Positions 52,001 to 64,000 of a stretch of DNA of 64,000 nucleotides are shown piece by piece. The position numbers were made by a program, and so were the translations under genes. The DNA is from Octopus vulgaris. Its lineage: Eukaryota. Where the stretch lies: assembly GCA_951406725.2 (NCBI GenBank), contig OX597818.1, positions 8,308,001 through 8,372,000 on the forward strand, given 5' to 3'. A model generated the notes under the pieces. It searched no databases, was not told where the DNA came from, and saw nothing but the letters and a program-made list of their open reading frames with translations. The number at the start of each line of letters is the position of its first letter. Position 1 is the stretch's first letter.

Positions 52001-52933
52001 GGAAGGAAGATGCTGCATACGTGAAGAAACAGACCACCTCAAGTCTTTCTGCAGAGGTGTGTGGAATATACAGATTAAATTTGACCATAGCTGCCATGAA
52101 ACCTCGAAGCTCTACAACCATAATGACAGAAGCACTCTCACCGACAAAGGATTCCTCTTAACACATTCACAACTTGCACAGGGACTTTTGTCACAAACAC
52201 CAACATCATTACCGACCTGTAGAGCACTAACACTAACCGAGAACATAAACAAAAAGTGCCGCCGAATCAAACTCAGTTCTCCTTCAACAGTCTCTACGAC
52301 CTCGGACTTAGAAAAGGCATACGACAAAATATCCAACTGCACATTGTAGGTGGCATTTCGTTGAACGAATATAAAAACGGAACAGAAAAAGATAGATCAA
52401 CTGCCTTTACCCCTAAAACTGAGCCTCTATTCGAAAAGCAAACACCGCAAAAGACGCACTCAGACCGATGAAATAGACCCTTTTCGTAATCATCTTCCTT
52501 AACTATGGATAATTAGTAGCAACCGCTGTGTCAGCGCTTGCAGTTTCACCAGTCATTTTTCTATTGTGCAAATTCTTACACATCTTAAGTCTTTCAAACC
52601 GGCATTTACGAGACAAAAATGTTTTTTCATTGGAAGTCTCATCTTCTCCCTGCAACTCATCAATAAACTATTAGCTTTTTTATGAACTATCATTGTATTT
52701 ATAAGCACATTCCGGTTCTTTTTCATAATATTTCAGTCAGTTCAACTTGACAGTGTCAATTCAGGCATCTTCAATTGAAGGTAAATCCAACAGCAGAGAT
52801 AAATCCAACAAGTACGTAGAAAAAATATATTGGCCCACAAAATAGCTATTGTGAGGGCATAAAATGGTCTTAACCCTATAGATTTAGTAATGAAAATGAG
52901 AGGAAAAAGTGAACTGAAGAAGAGAAAGTACTA

Positions 52934-54141
52934 TTAGGTCGTCAAGTATGAAATTTGTAGAAAAGAAAAAAAATAGTTTACTGCTGTTTTCTAAATAGCA
53001 GAGAATAGTTTTATTCAACAAAGTTTGCACCTATATTGTCAATACACTGCCATTTCAGCAGTAGCTTGTACAACCCGGAACTGTAAAGGTCTGGCAATCT
53101 AGAGTCAATAAAATTTTAGAAGGCCTGTTTTGAAAAAGTTATTCAAATTCTGGAAGAAATATTAGTCACTAGGGTCAAGATCAGCTGAGTATAGTGGATG
53201 GAGAACTTTCAACTCCAACTCCTGTAGTGTGGGCAATGTCATTTTTACTGTGTGGTCTTGCAATAAAATAGGAGTGGATCTGCTGACTAATTTAGGCTGT
53301 TATTTTGTAAGTCTGCAGAATTTGGTCCACTTGGCTGCAGTATATTTCGGTCGTGATTGATGAACCAGGTTTAATGAAATCATAATGGATGACACATGCG
53401 CCAGACCACCAAACACACACCATAACCTTCTTTTGATGAATTTTGCTTTTTGGACTGTGATTTGGTGGCTCATCTTCCTTCAACCATTGTGCTGAACGTT
53501 GTCGGTCGTTGTACTGGATTCGTTTCTCGTCACATGTTACAATTCGATTAAAAAATTATTCATTTTTGTGCCGAGTAAGTAGCATAATGCAGGCTTCCAA
53601 ACTTCCTTTTCTCTGATTTTCATTGAGTTCGTGTGGAACACACTTATCTAACTTTTTTACTTTACTGATTTGAACTAGCTGAGTCAATATATTATTTGCT
53701 TGTTAACACAAAACAACAACAATTCACGGGCACTTTCAGAGGGATCCGACTCGAGGGTGGCTCGCATTGCTCATTTGCGAGGTAAAAGTTACCAGAACGA
53801 AATTTTGCAAACCAATTTGATACAGTCTGCTGTGTAACACATTATATTGAAATACTCTATTGATATTCCGAGCTGTCTGTGATGCTGTATTCCCAAGAAA
53901 GAATTCATATTTCAAAACTCTACGAGTTTCCGACTTATCCATCTCTAAACAAAAAGAGCTAACAAAAAGAAAACGATTTATAAACAGTTTATAATACGCA
54001 AAATGAGTTAGAATAAAGAAATACATGTGTCAGCTTTCTAATAAAAAAATAAAGATGTTCAAAATATAATAATGGCGCGAAATGAGCAGCTGTCAAAATT
54101 TACAATATACCTTACTACAAGTTTCTTACTTGATAACCTAA
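52934..54141 (-). mobile_element. mariner transposon, decayed, both TIRs present
   Basis: TA|TTAGGTCGTCAAGTATGAAA...TTTCTTACTTGATAACCTAA|TA. MDKSETRRVLKYEFFLGNTASQTARNIN, IVTCDEK, KIHQKKVMVCVWW, HPLYSADLDPSD. Confidence 0.93.
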
Positions 54142-54811
54142 TATATGATTACAGTTAGCTGAATGTTTTAGAGGGAATTCGCCCCTTGCACTTCTGAATA
54201 AAGACACATATGTACACACTCATACACACACACTACATATACGCACATACTCATACACACACAGAAACACACACAGAAACACAAGCGGACATACATACAT
54301 CAACACTCTCTCAGACGTGCATACACACAGACACACATATAGAGATGTGATTGCGTACGATACATTCGATGCAGCCAATTGAATTAAAACATTCGTGAGA
54401 TGGTAATGGTATTGATGTGGTTTGCATTGGTTTAGATTTTTGTGACGATAGTCGATTATTGTTGGTAGTGTGGTAGTTATATTGTTCTTGCTAATTGTCT
54501 TCTAGCAGCTGTTTAGAATCAAGGAAACCCCCACATAATTGATATCATTTTATTCAACATTTAAAATATTCTAAGATACCATATTATATGCTTTTATTTG
54601 AAACGTCTTGATTTTCTACTTCGTACAATATAATGAATATAATACTCTTGTTTTTTTGTCTTGTTGATAGAATCACGCATTCACATACACGCACACTCAC
54701 ACACACATAGATATTTACACTCACATTATCTTCATTATATATACATGTGTACATGCGTGAGCATGTATGTTTGTAACATGATAATATTTTTTTCCCTCAA
54801 ACCGTTATATA

Positions 54812-55980
54812 TAGGGTCATCCCATACATAATGTGGTGTTTTCAGTCGCATGAATTAAAAGTCGGAAAGGGACAGAATAAATTACCTCAATCGACTTGCT
54901 ATAAACGGGTAGTAATTTTACCTTGTCCTTCTACTTAGTGGAAGTTTTGAAAAGTGCAGTTCGATTTTAACAGTCATTTTTTAAAAGCTATAATGGAAGT
55001 GACAAAGGAGCATATTCAGCATATTTTGTTTTATGAGTTCACCAAGGCAACAACGCAACAGACAATGCAAGAAATAGTAATGCAGTATGTGGGGTTCGGA
55101 AGATAAGTGTAAGCCAGTGCCAACAGTAGTTCCAGAAATTCCGAAGATCTGTAGAGCTTGATGAGGACGTCCTGCAAGCCCTAGTGGATCAAGATCTCAT
55201 CGTAACTGTTGAGGAGCTAATAGAAAAGCTTCTATTTGGTCATTAAACCATCTTTCGATACCTGCGTGCCATCGGAAAAGTCAGCAAATTGGGTCAATGG
55301 GTACCTCACAAACTTTCAGAGTCTAGTCACACGCAGAGAGTGAATGTGTACTCTTCTTTCCTGTCACGTCTCACGAATGAACCTTTTTTTTTTGACTGAA
55401 TAGTGATTAGTGATGAGAAATGGGTTCTCTATAAAAATGTCAAGCACTGAAGACAGTGGGTAGGGAAAGGGGAAACACCGGCACCCCAAGCTAAAGAAAG
55501 TTTTCAGCCTCGTAAGGCGTTGTTACCTGTTTAGTGGGAAGTGAAAGGTTTAGACCACTTTGAAGTTTTAACCCAAACCAAACGATAACAAAGGAGATCT
55601 ACTGTGAGCAGCTTGAGTGACTTAAGTCAGCGATAGATGAAAAACGATCATCTTTGGTTTCAAGGCCAAAGGTGTTCTTCCACAAAGATAATGCTCAGTG
55701 GAAAACAATGCCCAACCCCCCATATTCGCTGGACATTGCCCCATATGATTAGCATTTATTCGGCAGTCTTAAAAATCATCTAGAAAAATATTAATTCTGT
55801 AGATGAGGTCAGAACAATACTGAAGGAGTATTTTTCGTCAGGAAGAAATGAATTTTGGAAAAGGGGCCTTTAAAGTCTGCCAGATAGACAGAAGTTCATT
55901 GTAGAAAATGAAGGAAAGTATCTTAATTTTGAAAAATAATAGAAGTATAAACAAACCGCATTATTTATGGGATGGCCCAA
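54812..55980 (+). mobile_element. mariner transposon, decayed, both TIRs present
   Basis: TA|TAGGGTCATCCCATACATAATGTGG...CCGCATTATTTATGGGATGGCCCAA|TA. MEVTKEHIQHILFYEF, WVPHKL, IVISDEKWVLY, PPYSLDIAPYD. Confidence 0.93.
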
Positions 55981-57662
55981 TAAAAGCAAGTGTGGCCATT
56001 GACCTCAAATGAAAGTGTAATTTCAAATTGTTCACAATTTAAAACTATGCAATCCGAGTATCTTTAAGAGCGAAATTACTGACTGTATCCCAAAATTAAA
56101 GGTCAAACATGACAATTTCCGCAAACGCAAAATCCCGTATCCTTAGATATCCGTAATGCGGAAGAATTCTTGTATCAATAAATGTTTTTTTACGCTTTCG
56201 TTTGCCAAACTCTGTGTAGATGTAAGTGGTATATACATTTTGTAGATGCTACTCTGTGTAGACGTTATTGATATACATTTCTGATTTTATTGTTTACTGA
56301 AGCCTTAAGTATGATCTGTAGAAAGTAATTGCCATCTGAATAATGTGCGTTTTCCTGCCTATTTTTCGACCCGATTTCTGTCAAATCATAATGCCAGTTA
56401 CTCTTTTATTTGTGTGGCCTCCTACTGTGTTCCTCTATGTAAAGAACTGAGAAAGAGATTTCTCATCTTGCCTCTGTGCGAAGATGTTCAGCTCGTACTT
56501 GTGTTCGGGGATGCCTTTTCCCGGAGCACATCTCTACACCGAAGTGTTTGCATCTCGAAACTGAGTAAATGACCTACAGATCCGCTAGTATTACGATTGC
56601 ATTGAACTATTCATGTGTATCACGTCTACATAATTTGCATTACTTTTCCTACATGTTGAACCCTACAGCTTGGAATCGCTCAACAATATCATTCTACTAT
56701 AATATCTCTCGTGCTTTGTGCAGCTCCATCTATTGAAAACCATTGCCGTTACCTCTGCATCAGCGTTTCTCCACCAGTGCATAGAGACATTTGGTTGAAT
56801 GCATACCAGATCTGACACTCCGACCTAAATTTTTTCTGATCGCATACGAAGGTGAATATTATAAATTGTGTTTAAGAAACGTAATCTCTGGGTTGTAGTT
56901 TTAAAAAGGTTCGATTTCCTGCTTTTTGATCAGATTGAGCAACCGCACTGAGTTTGTCTCGTGTCTGTTTACAGTAAACGAAAGCAAAGATTTCTTGCAG
57001 CTGCAATTTTAAAACTCAAGCGTTATTGAATGCACACACACTCATATAAACTCCCACAAAAGAATGTCCCACATGTAAATGCACATGCATGAATTACGAA
57101 TATGTAAACACATTTATTGTATATCGAAGGATAAAATGAAATTGTGAAGCAATTAGGATATTTTAAGATAACGACAATATATAGCGTAACACCCACACCC
57201 ACACACACACACATACACACCTTTGTATACAGACAATTGAGTGAATATATATAATCGAGCACAAGCCGTTCTGTGAAATGATAGAAAAATATCAAAATAT
57301 TTGTTTTCATGCAGCATCGAGTAAAATTTTACTTAAAGATCTTCAGAATTCGGCAAGTCCTTGTACATTTCTTTTGTGCACATTTCTTTTGTGTCTTCTT
57401 ACCCGATTGTTTGCTGACAATTTTAGTATGCAATACGAGAATATAAATGGAGAAAAAGCAAAAAGGGTATGTGAGGCTGAAGAGCTAAGATTATTTGCAT
57501 AAATTTACTCCGCATATGTCAACTGGCTTCTTCCATACCAACGTAGTTTTGTTCATCATAGCATAATAAATATATAAACAAATAAAACGGATTTTAAACG
57601 CCTGGGTAACAACCAGGTGTCTAGTGTTCATTTTATTATAACAGTATTGATAGTTGCTGTTG

Positions 57663-57665
<3 letters not shown>

Positions 57666-57738
<73 letters not shown>

Positions 57739-57812
57739 CATTATTATTGTTGTTGCTGTAGTAGCTGTTGTTGTTGTTGTTTTGGTGGTGGTGGTGGTGG
57801 TGGTGGTGGCGG
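57666..57812. repeat. Compound (ATT)n-(GTT)n-(GGT)n microsatellite
   Basis: Seen directly. Confidence 0.95.
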
Positions 57813-57849
57813 CAATTGTGGTGCTGCTATTATAAGTATTATTATCATA

Positions 57850-58402
57850 GAGTAAGAGGCCATTGCATGTCATCAGAGTGGCACTGTAGAAAAAATATAC
57901 GAAGCCCTGCATACCCACTATGGCTACACGTCTGATAAGGGTGCATCAGGTACAAGCGTCGCAAGCATATGTGCACAAGATGGTGTTTTCATATTAAGTT
58001 AAACAGCTCATGATTTTGCAGGTGGGATCCAGTAAGAATTTTCTTGAGGTTAAGTAACCCAAACGGCTCAAAAGATCCCTGAATAAGGGTTGTTTAAGGA
58101 TGTTGAACAAAATACCTATGTTTCCAGAGGTGAATTATTCAAACTCCAAAGAATTCCTCTCAACACAAGCCTTTGATGATCCTCCATTACTTCTGCTCGT
58201 GATCAGAGATGCACATATCGTCAGCCAATAAGGGATATTCTCAACTGGTTAACGTCAAACAACTGACAAGCAAGTTGTGGAACTGAGCAGAATATTTGTA
58301 GATCATCGTTTCTACCAAGACAAAAAATGTACATGATAACACATCCAATCAGTTAAAATCAGAAAGCCATGAGAATCACTGCCAGGTACTGCATCACGGC
58401 AT
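57850..58402 (-). mobile_element. Interspersed repeat (SINE or LINE-derived), family unassigned
   Basis: 57865-57920 resembles 59410-59470 (CATCA.AGTG.CACTG...ATAT.CGAAGCCC..TATAC). Bounded by microsatellites on both sides. Strand tentative. Confidence 0.5.
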
Positions 58403-58911
58403 TTCTTCTTCTTCTTCTTCTTCTTCTTCTTCTTCTTCTTCTTCTTCTTCTTCTTCTTCTTCTTCTTCTTCTTCTTCTTCTTCTTCTTCTTCCCCTTCTT
58501 CTTCTTCTTCTTCTTCCCCTTCTTCTTCTTCTTCTTCTTCTTCTTCTTCTTCTTCTTCTTCTTCTTCTTCTTCTTCTTCTTCTTCTTCTTCTTCTTCTTC
58601 TTCTTCTTCTTCTTCTTCTTCTTCTTCTCCGTCTTCTTCTTCTTCGTCTTCTTCTCCGTCTTCTTCTTCTTCTTCTTCTTCTTCTTCGTCTCTTCTTCTT
58701 CTTCTTCTTCTTCTTCTTCTTCTTCTTCTTCTTCTTCTTCTTCTTCTTCTTCTTCTTCTTCTTCTTCTTCTTCTTCTTCTTCTTTTCTTCTTCTTCTTCT
58801 TCTTTCTTCTTCTTCTTCTTCTTCTTCTTCTTCTTCTTCTTCTTCTTCTACTTCTTCTCCTCCTCCTCCTCCTCCTTATCCTTATTATCATTATTGTTAT
58901 TATTATTATTC
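58403..58911. repeat. ~450-bp (CTT)n array grading into (CCT)n and (ATT)n
   Basis: Seen directly. Confidence 0.97.
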
Positions 58912-59280
58912 TATGTTTGACTTCTGCTTTATGTTTGTACAAGTTGGCTCCAAGTCTCACCCAGAGACCTCAAGAGACAACAGGTTGGAAGTTCACGTTG
59001 CTGTTATGCCTAGTGTGCCATATATTTGGGGGATTTTGGTGTTGTACTAGTGAATGTCTAATAAATAAATTTTAAAAAAGTTTGTTTTAATCCTTGAGAT
59101 TACATAGAGAGTATTTTGCGTAGGATATGAGCAGTTCCCATGAGCACTATCTTTTGAATTTCTGCCATTTTCGGGTTTCCTGGTATGTGAGTTAGGTAGC
59201 AATCAGCCCCTTTTGCTATCATTCCCAGGGCACCTATGACAACAGGTATTGTTTTAGTCTTCAGGTTCCACATTTTGCTG
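58912..59280 (-). mobile_element. 5'-truncated Dong/R4-type LINE 3' end embedded in (TAA)n
   Basis: ISKMWNLKTKTIPVVIGALGMIAKGA..EIQKIVLMGTAHILRKILSM* plus 3' UTR, with TAA repeats on both sides. Confidence 0.9.
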
Positions 59281-59287
59281 ATTATTA

Positions 59288-59378
<91 letters not shown>

Positions 59379-59552
59379 CAGTATTATTATTATTATTAAG
59401 AAGCAGTGCGTGCCATCAAAGTGACAAAGTGACACTGGGGTAAGATATGCGAAGCCCAGTATACGCATGAAATACCATGAGAGCCATCAGGACATTATTA
59501 TATCATCATCATCATCATCGACAGCTTCAGTAGTAGTAGTAGTAGTAGTAAG

Positions 59553-59588
<36 letters not shown>

Positions 59589-59590
59589 CT

Positions 59591-59639
<49 letters not shown>

Positions 59640-59790
59640 GAAGCTGTCGATGATGATGATGATGATATAATAATGTCCTGATGGATCTCATGGTATTTCA
59701 TGCGTATAGTGGGCTTCGCATATCTTACCCCAGTGTCACTTTGTCACTTTGATGGCACGCACTGCTTTCTTAATAATAATAATAATACTG

Positions 59791-59862
<72 letters not shown>

Positions 59863-60074
59863 GTAATAATAATAATAATAATAATAGTAATAATAATAAT
59901 AATAATAATAATCAGCAAAATGTGGAACCTGAAGACTAAAACAATACCTGTTGTCATAGGTGCCCTGGGAATGATAGCAAAAGGGGCTGTTTGCTTACCT
60001 AACTCAGATACCAGGAAACCCGAAAATGGCAGAAATTCAAAAGATAGTGCTCATGGGAACTGCTCATATCCTAC

Positions 60075-60082
<8 letters not shown>
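59112..60082. repeat. ~970-bp near-perfect palindrome centred on (TA)n at 59555-59586
   Basis: Arms are reverse complements, apart from microsatellite length differences and a few substitutions or indels. Confidence 0.95.
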
Positions 60083-60133
<51 letters not shown>

Positions 60134-61284
60134 GTATCACATCATACTAGAGGAATTTAAGGATTTCTTCAAATAACTGAAGAGATCTACACCAAGTTCT
60201 TTAATGACAGGTATCGTCAAAACCTCAGTGATTCACGTATCAGTGAATACAGCGTGTCGTGTTTTTTGTCTCCAGTTTCCAAATTGAAATATATGATAAT
60301 GTGTGTAACTTGTTACGAAGTTGATAAAATATAAATACATCTATAAATACTAGCTTCGAAAATTTAAAGTTAAAAACTAGTTAGATGTAATCATTACTTT
60401 ACAGAATCATCCACGGAAATTGAAACTACTCTCAATCGTGTGCGCAAAGATGTGTGTTAGATTACATGACAGGAGCTCATCACGTATCAGGCGTAAAATT
60501 AGGAATGTTAATCTTGCATTGGTTAGTATTTTAAGCACGGAGATATTTCAAATTAAATCTTTTTACGAAGATAATGACAAAAGTGGGTAACATAGTAATG
60601 GGCACGTGAAGTATTTCTGAGTCAAATAAATCCTGTTACTCTACATGCTCAGGGATATTTTAAAAAGTAAAAATTAATATATAAAATAAATATTATTTTC
60701 CAATGCATTAGTAACTATCCTAGTATATTGCACATCAAAGTACTTCAGTTGCAGCACTATTAAAGGCGAACGCATTTATGTAGTGCTATAATAAAATGCT
60801 GCATTGAATATATTTTCAATATATTTTTGTCTTGATTTTCTTTCTACATTTCTATGTACATATTCAGAATATCCAGGGAGTCAATACAAATCTGTGGTTG
60901 ATAGTGGTATACAAACATTACTATAAGTGTAATGTATAAAAAAATGCAGCTTTGCTTTATTGAAACTATAAACGTATACGTCAATGAAGGCTTGCATTTG
61001 CATGATATCTGACGTTAAGTAACAAGACTTTTTTCATGTACTTTTAACATTCACGATTACTCTTTTACTATAGTCTGCACACTATGACAAAAGTCTTAGG
61101 TATACAGAGTCATACAAACACAAACTCACTCACACGTATGTGCGGACGTATGTCCATAAGTCTGCCTTTCAATATGTATGTGTGCATTTGTATGCACATG
61201 TGTGAGTATATATATACAACAGCGTGAAAGAATGTTCCATTATATTAGAAGTAATGAATTTTTTTTTCCATTTTCTATAACCGA

Positions 61285-61313
61285 ACATACATACATATAT
61301 ATATATATATGCA

Positions 61314-61369
<56 letters not shown>

Positions 61370-61376
61370 CACACAT

Positions 61377-61435
<59 letters not shown>

Positions 61436-61478
61436 TTCACATACACATACATACACATACATACACAACATATATATA

Positions 61479-61518
<40 letters not shown>

Positions 61519-61560
61519 TTCACATACACATGCATACACAACATACACGTGTATAATACA
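61285..61560. repeat. Compound (TA)n/(CA)n microsatellite block
   Basis: Seen directly. Confidence 0.95.
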
Positions 61561-62827
61561 TTTCAATTGGAGGAAATGTAATGTGTTTGGGTCTTTTGTG
61601 CATTTTCACTCCACCTTTTTCTTTCTCTACAAGAGTTTTCATATGAGTTGCTAAAAGATATCAATGCTATTAATGTTCGGAGTTCTTCAACTACTACGAT
61701 AGCGGTTAGTCCTAGATTATTTAATACAACGCACCTTAATTATCTTTACGATGTTTTAATTATGCGACAATACAACGCTTACTATTAACAAACTAGTTCT
61801 TAAACCAATGTTTAGGAATGCGATAGTTCTGCAACTGAGAGACATGACATCAGCGAGGTTGAAAAATCCTTAATATTACCTGCACTGATATTACAGGAAG
61901 ATATGTCGTTTGCTTTTGTACCAATTCTTACGTCTTGAAAGCTTTCTGAAGAAAATAAAGATGACCGAATTATTCAAAAGGTGATATGTTAGATTGCCTA
62001 AATAAATAACGATATGTTTTGTCAAGCAAGTCTAGAGGAGACATCGAGATGAATAGACGGATTACTGGACGCCATGAGATATGATGGGTTAAAAACCTTA
62101 GAGCTGATAGGATATTTAATCTCACCATTTCTAAGGAAATATTCGATAAGGCTGCTCACATCTAGAATAATGACCTGGTTCGCTTTGGCTTCAAAGATAA
62201 GATAGTTTACATATCCATCATAAAATTTACTACACGTAATTATAGAGCTTGGCAGACTGAATAGATTAACCTGCTTTCTGTTCGAAAGTTAACACAAGCC
62301 TAGAGGGTGATTTCCTAGTCTGTAGAGACATAGCTATAAGAATTATTTTAATAAATGTTCCGTGAAGGATTATAACAGCTACTATCCCAGCTGGAAAATT
62401 ATTACATGCATGTCACACGAAGAGTCTGCTCCAAAAGTGATGTCAGATTTCTTACATTCCACTAAACAAGGCAGTGCTATAGAATGACTGTTGGTATACT
62501 AAAATATATTAGAATGCATGAGTGTTTATAGGTATATACAGTGAGGGATAGGTAGTGCTGCAGGCAAACACAATTAGGTTTCACGTACACAAAACAGTCA
62601 CACATACAACATGTATACACACGCATGAATATAGAATCAAATAGACGCATATGACAAAATGTATTCAGAAAGATAAACACATGCATCAGTACCTCCACCT
62701 CAGATCACCATGAATTCCGTTTATAGCTACACAGTGAAGAATTCGATGTTTGAGTTAAAATCTATTTGAGCAAGACAACTTGCTTTCTATGCTGAGCATA
62801 TCACACTCACACCTGCCTGTGTAAGTA

Positions 62828-62872
<45 letters not shown>

Positions 62873-63006
62873 CTATTTACCTATATATCTATTTATTCTT
62901 CTTTGAATAATATATAGTCTATTGACTAATTTTTTTTCTCGCTAGACCACTAGTAACAAAGAATTTTTCTATGAATATTCTTGCTACCCTATAAGTTTAA
63001 TTAATG

Positions 63007-63043
<37 letters not shown>

Positions 63044-63069
63044 ATATATACATACGTGTGTGTGTGTGT

Positions 63070-63139
<70 letters not shown>

Positions 63140-63271
63140 AATAAAAGAGTGAAAAAACGACAGAAGGCTTAAATGTTAAAAAATATATATATATATTTGC
63201 GTCAAAATGTCTGGAGAATATTGGAAAAATTTTTTTCCTTTCCTTAAAATGACATAATTTTATAATTTTTA

Positions 63272-63310
63272 AAGAAATACCGGTTTCGCAGTTAGCTCTT
63301 CAAATTTCTT
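63272..63310 (-). ncRNA. Minimal hammerhead-like motif in Penelope pLTR (core variant UUGAAGA)
   Basis: AAGAAAU-UUGAAGA-GC-UAACU-GC-GAAACCGGUA-UUUCUU: helix I AAGAAA/UUUCUU, palindromic ACCGGU, GUA cleavage triplet. Confidence 0.65.
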
Positions 63311-63366
63311 GTGACTTAATGTTTATTTTTAATAACGTAATCCTTGTATTTTTGCTCAGCAGAGTT

Positions 63367-63999
63367 CTAAATAAGGGAAAGGAGTGATAGTCCCGTGGAC
63401 CCCACGTAGTCTTGGTGGCAGCCCGAGCATTTAATGACATAAATTATGTTTTCAGAGGCACAAGTAAAGTTAGATTTGATCTTGAATTTCTGTCCCTCTT
63501 TAAAGAAGAATTCTGATCCTTCCAATGGATTAGGACATGTTGCACAGTTCGATCTACCACATTTTTTTACTTTTGCATCCGTAATTTTAGAAGACAATTT
63601 TGCCTTTGTGAGAATCTTTTTAAGTGATTTAGGCTGTTTGTAGCTTTTAATGATTTGGTGTATGTTTAGAATTTCCTTTAATTTGGGGTTTTTATGAAGT
63701 ATTGGTAAATTCTGGGTGATGATGGTGACAGCTTCTTTGTTTCTGGGGTTGTATGTAGATATGTAAGGTAGTATTTTCGGGGAAGGTATGTTGTTGTGTT
63801 GAACTTTTCTTAAAGTTTCTATGTTGATTTCTGTTGCACGTCTGATCCCATCCTCTATGAGTTGAGTTGGGTAATGTCTGTCAATTAGGGTGTTTTTGAG
63901 TTCTTGCAGTCTGAAGTTCCTGGTATTTTGTTCTGACACTATTGTGCATATCCTTCTTGCAAGGTTGAAGGGGATGTTTGTTTTAGTGTGTCTTGGGTG
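63367..63999 (-). CDS. Penelope RT C-terminal/linker + start of GIY-YIG endonuclease (frame open to window edge; GIY-YIG truncated)
   Basis: HPRHTKTNIPFNLARRICTIVS..L..RHYP..LPYISTYNP..CGRSNCATC..FTCASENIIYVIKCSGCHQDYVGSTG. Confidence 0.88.
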   Translation of the reverse strand, partial: HPRHTKTNIPFNLARRICTIVSEQNTRNFRLQELKNTLIDRHYPTQLIEDGIRRATEINIETLRKVQHNNIPSPKILPYISTYNPRNKEAVTIITQNLPILHKNPKLKEILNIHQIIKSYKQPKSLKKILTKAKLSSKITDAKVKKCGRSNCATCPNPLEGSEFFFKEGQKFKIKSNFTCASENIIYVIKCSGCHQDYVGSTGLSLLSLI

Positions 64000-64000
64000 G

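Larger units (their letters stand above)
63140..64000 (-). mobile_element. Penelope-like element (C-terminal ORF + pLTR), continues beyond the window
   Basis: ORF and hammerhead-like motif listed separately. Confidence 0.9.

Noticed and set aside
51780-52471. Possible Penelope 5' region/N-terminus
   Set aside because: Only vague resemblance and no diagnostic motif, so left unannotated.

Overview
AT-rich, microsatellite-dense eukaryotic DNA with no convincing host exon. The SINE families, Dong/R4-type LINEs in (TAA)n and Penelope copies look like a coleoid cephalopod (Octopus-like) genome; this is inferred from recalled repeat families, not from a search. Nearly all interpretable sequence is decayed transposons: a Helitron (PIF1 helicase, CTAG 3' end), a Gypsy/Mag-like LTR element, Tx1/L1, RTE, Dong/R4 and Penelope LINE remnants, three mariners, a Tc1, a probable Chapaev3, a pogo-type MITE and many tRNA-derived SINEs. 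The most unusual structure is at 3.3-10.3 kb. Two diverged, paralogous, ORF1-only (RRM-like + CCHC knuckle, no RT) LINE-like elements lie head-to-tail inside the 3' LTR of the Gypsy element. The upstream one is flanked by a 7-bp duplication about 36 nt downstream of the LTR TATA box, suggesting LTR-targeted, promoter-borrowing non-autonomous retroelements. Also noted: two large inverted duplications (24.1-25.4 kb with template-switch scars; a ~970-bp palindrome at 59.1-60.1 kb) and three minimal hammerhead-ribozyme-like motifs. All alignments and translations were done by eye, so boundaries are approximate unless a TSD or TIR is quoted.
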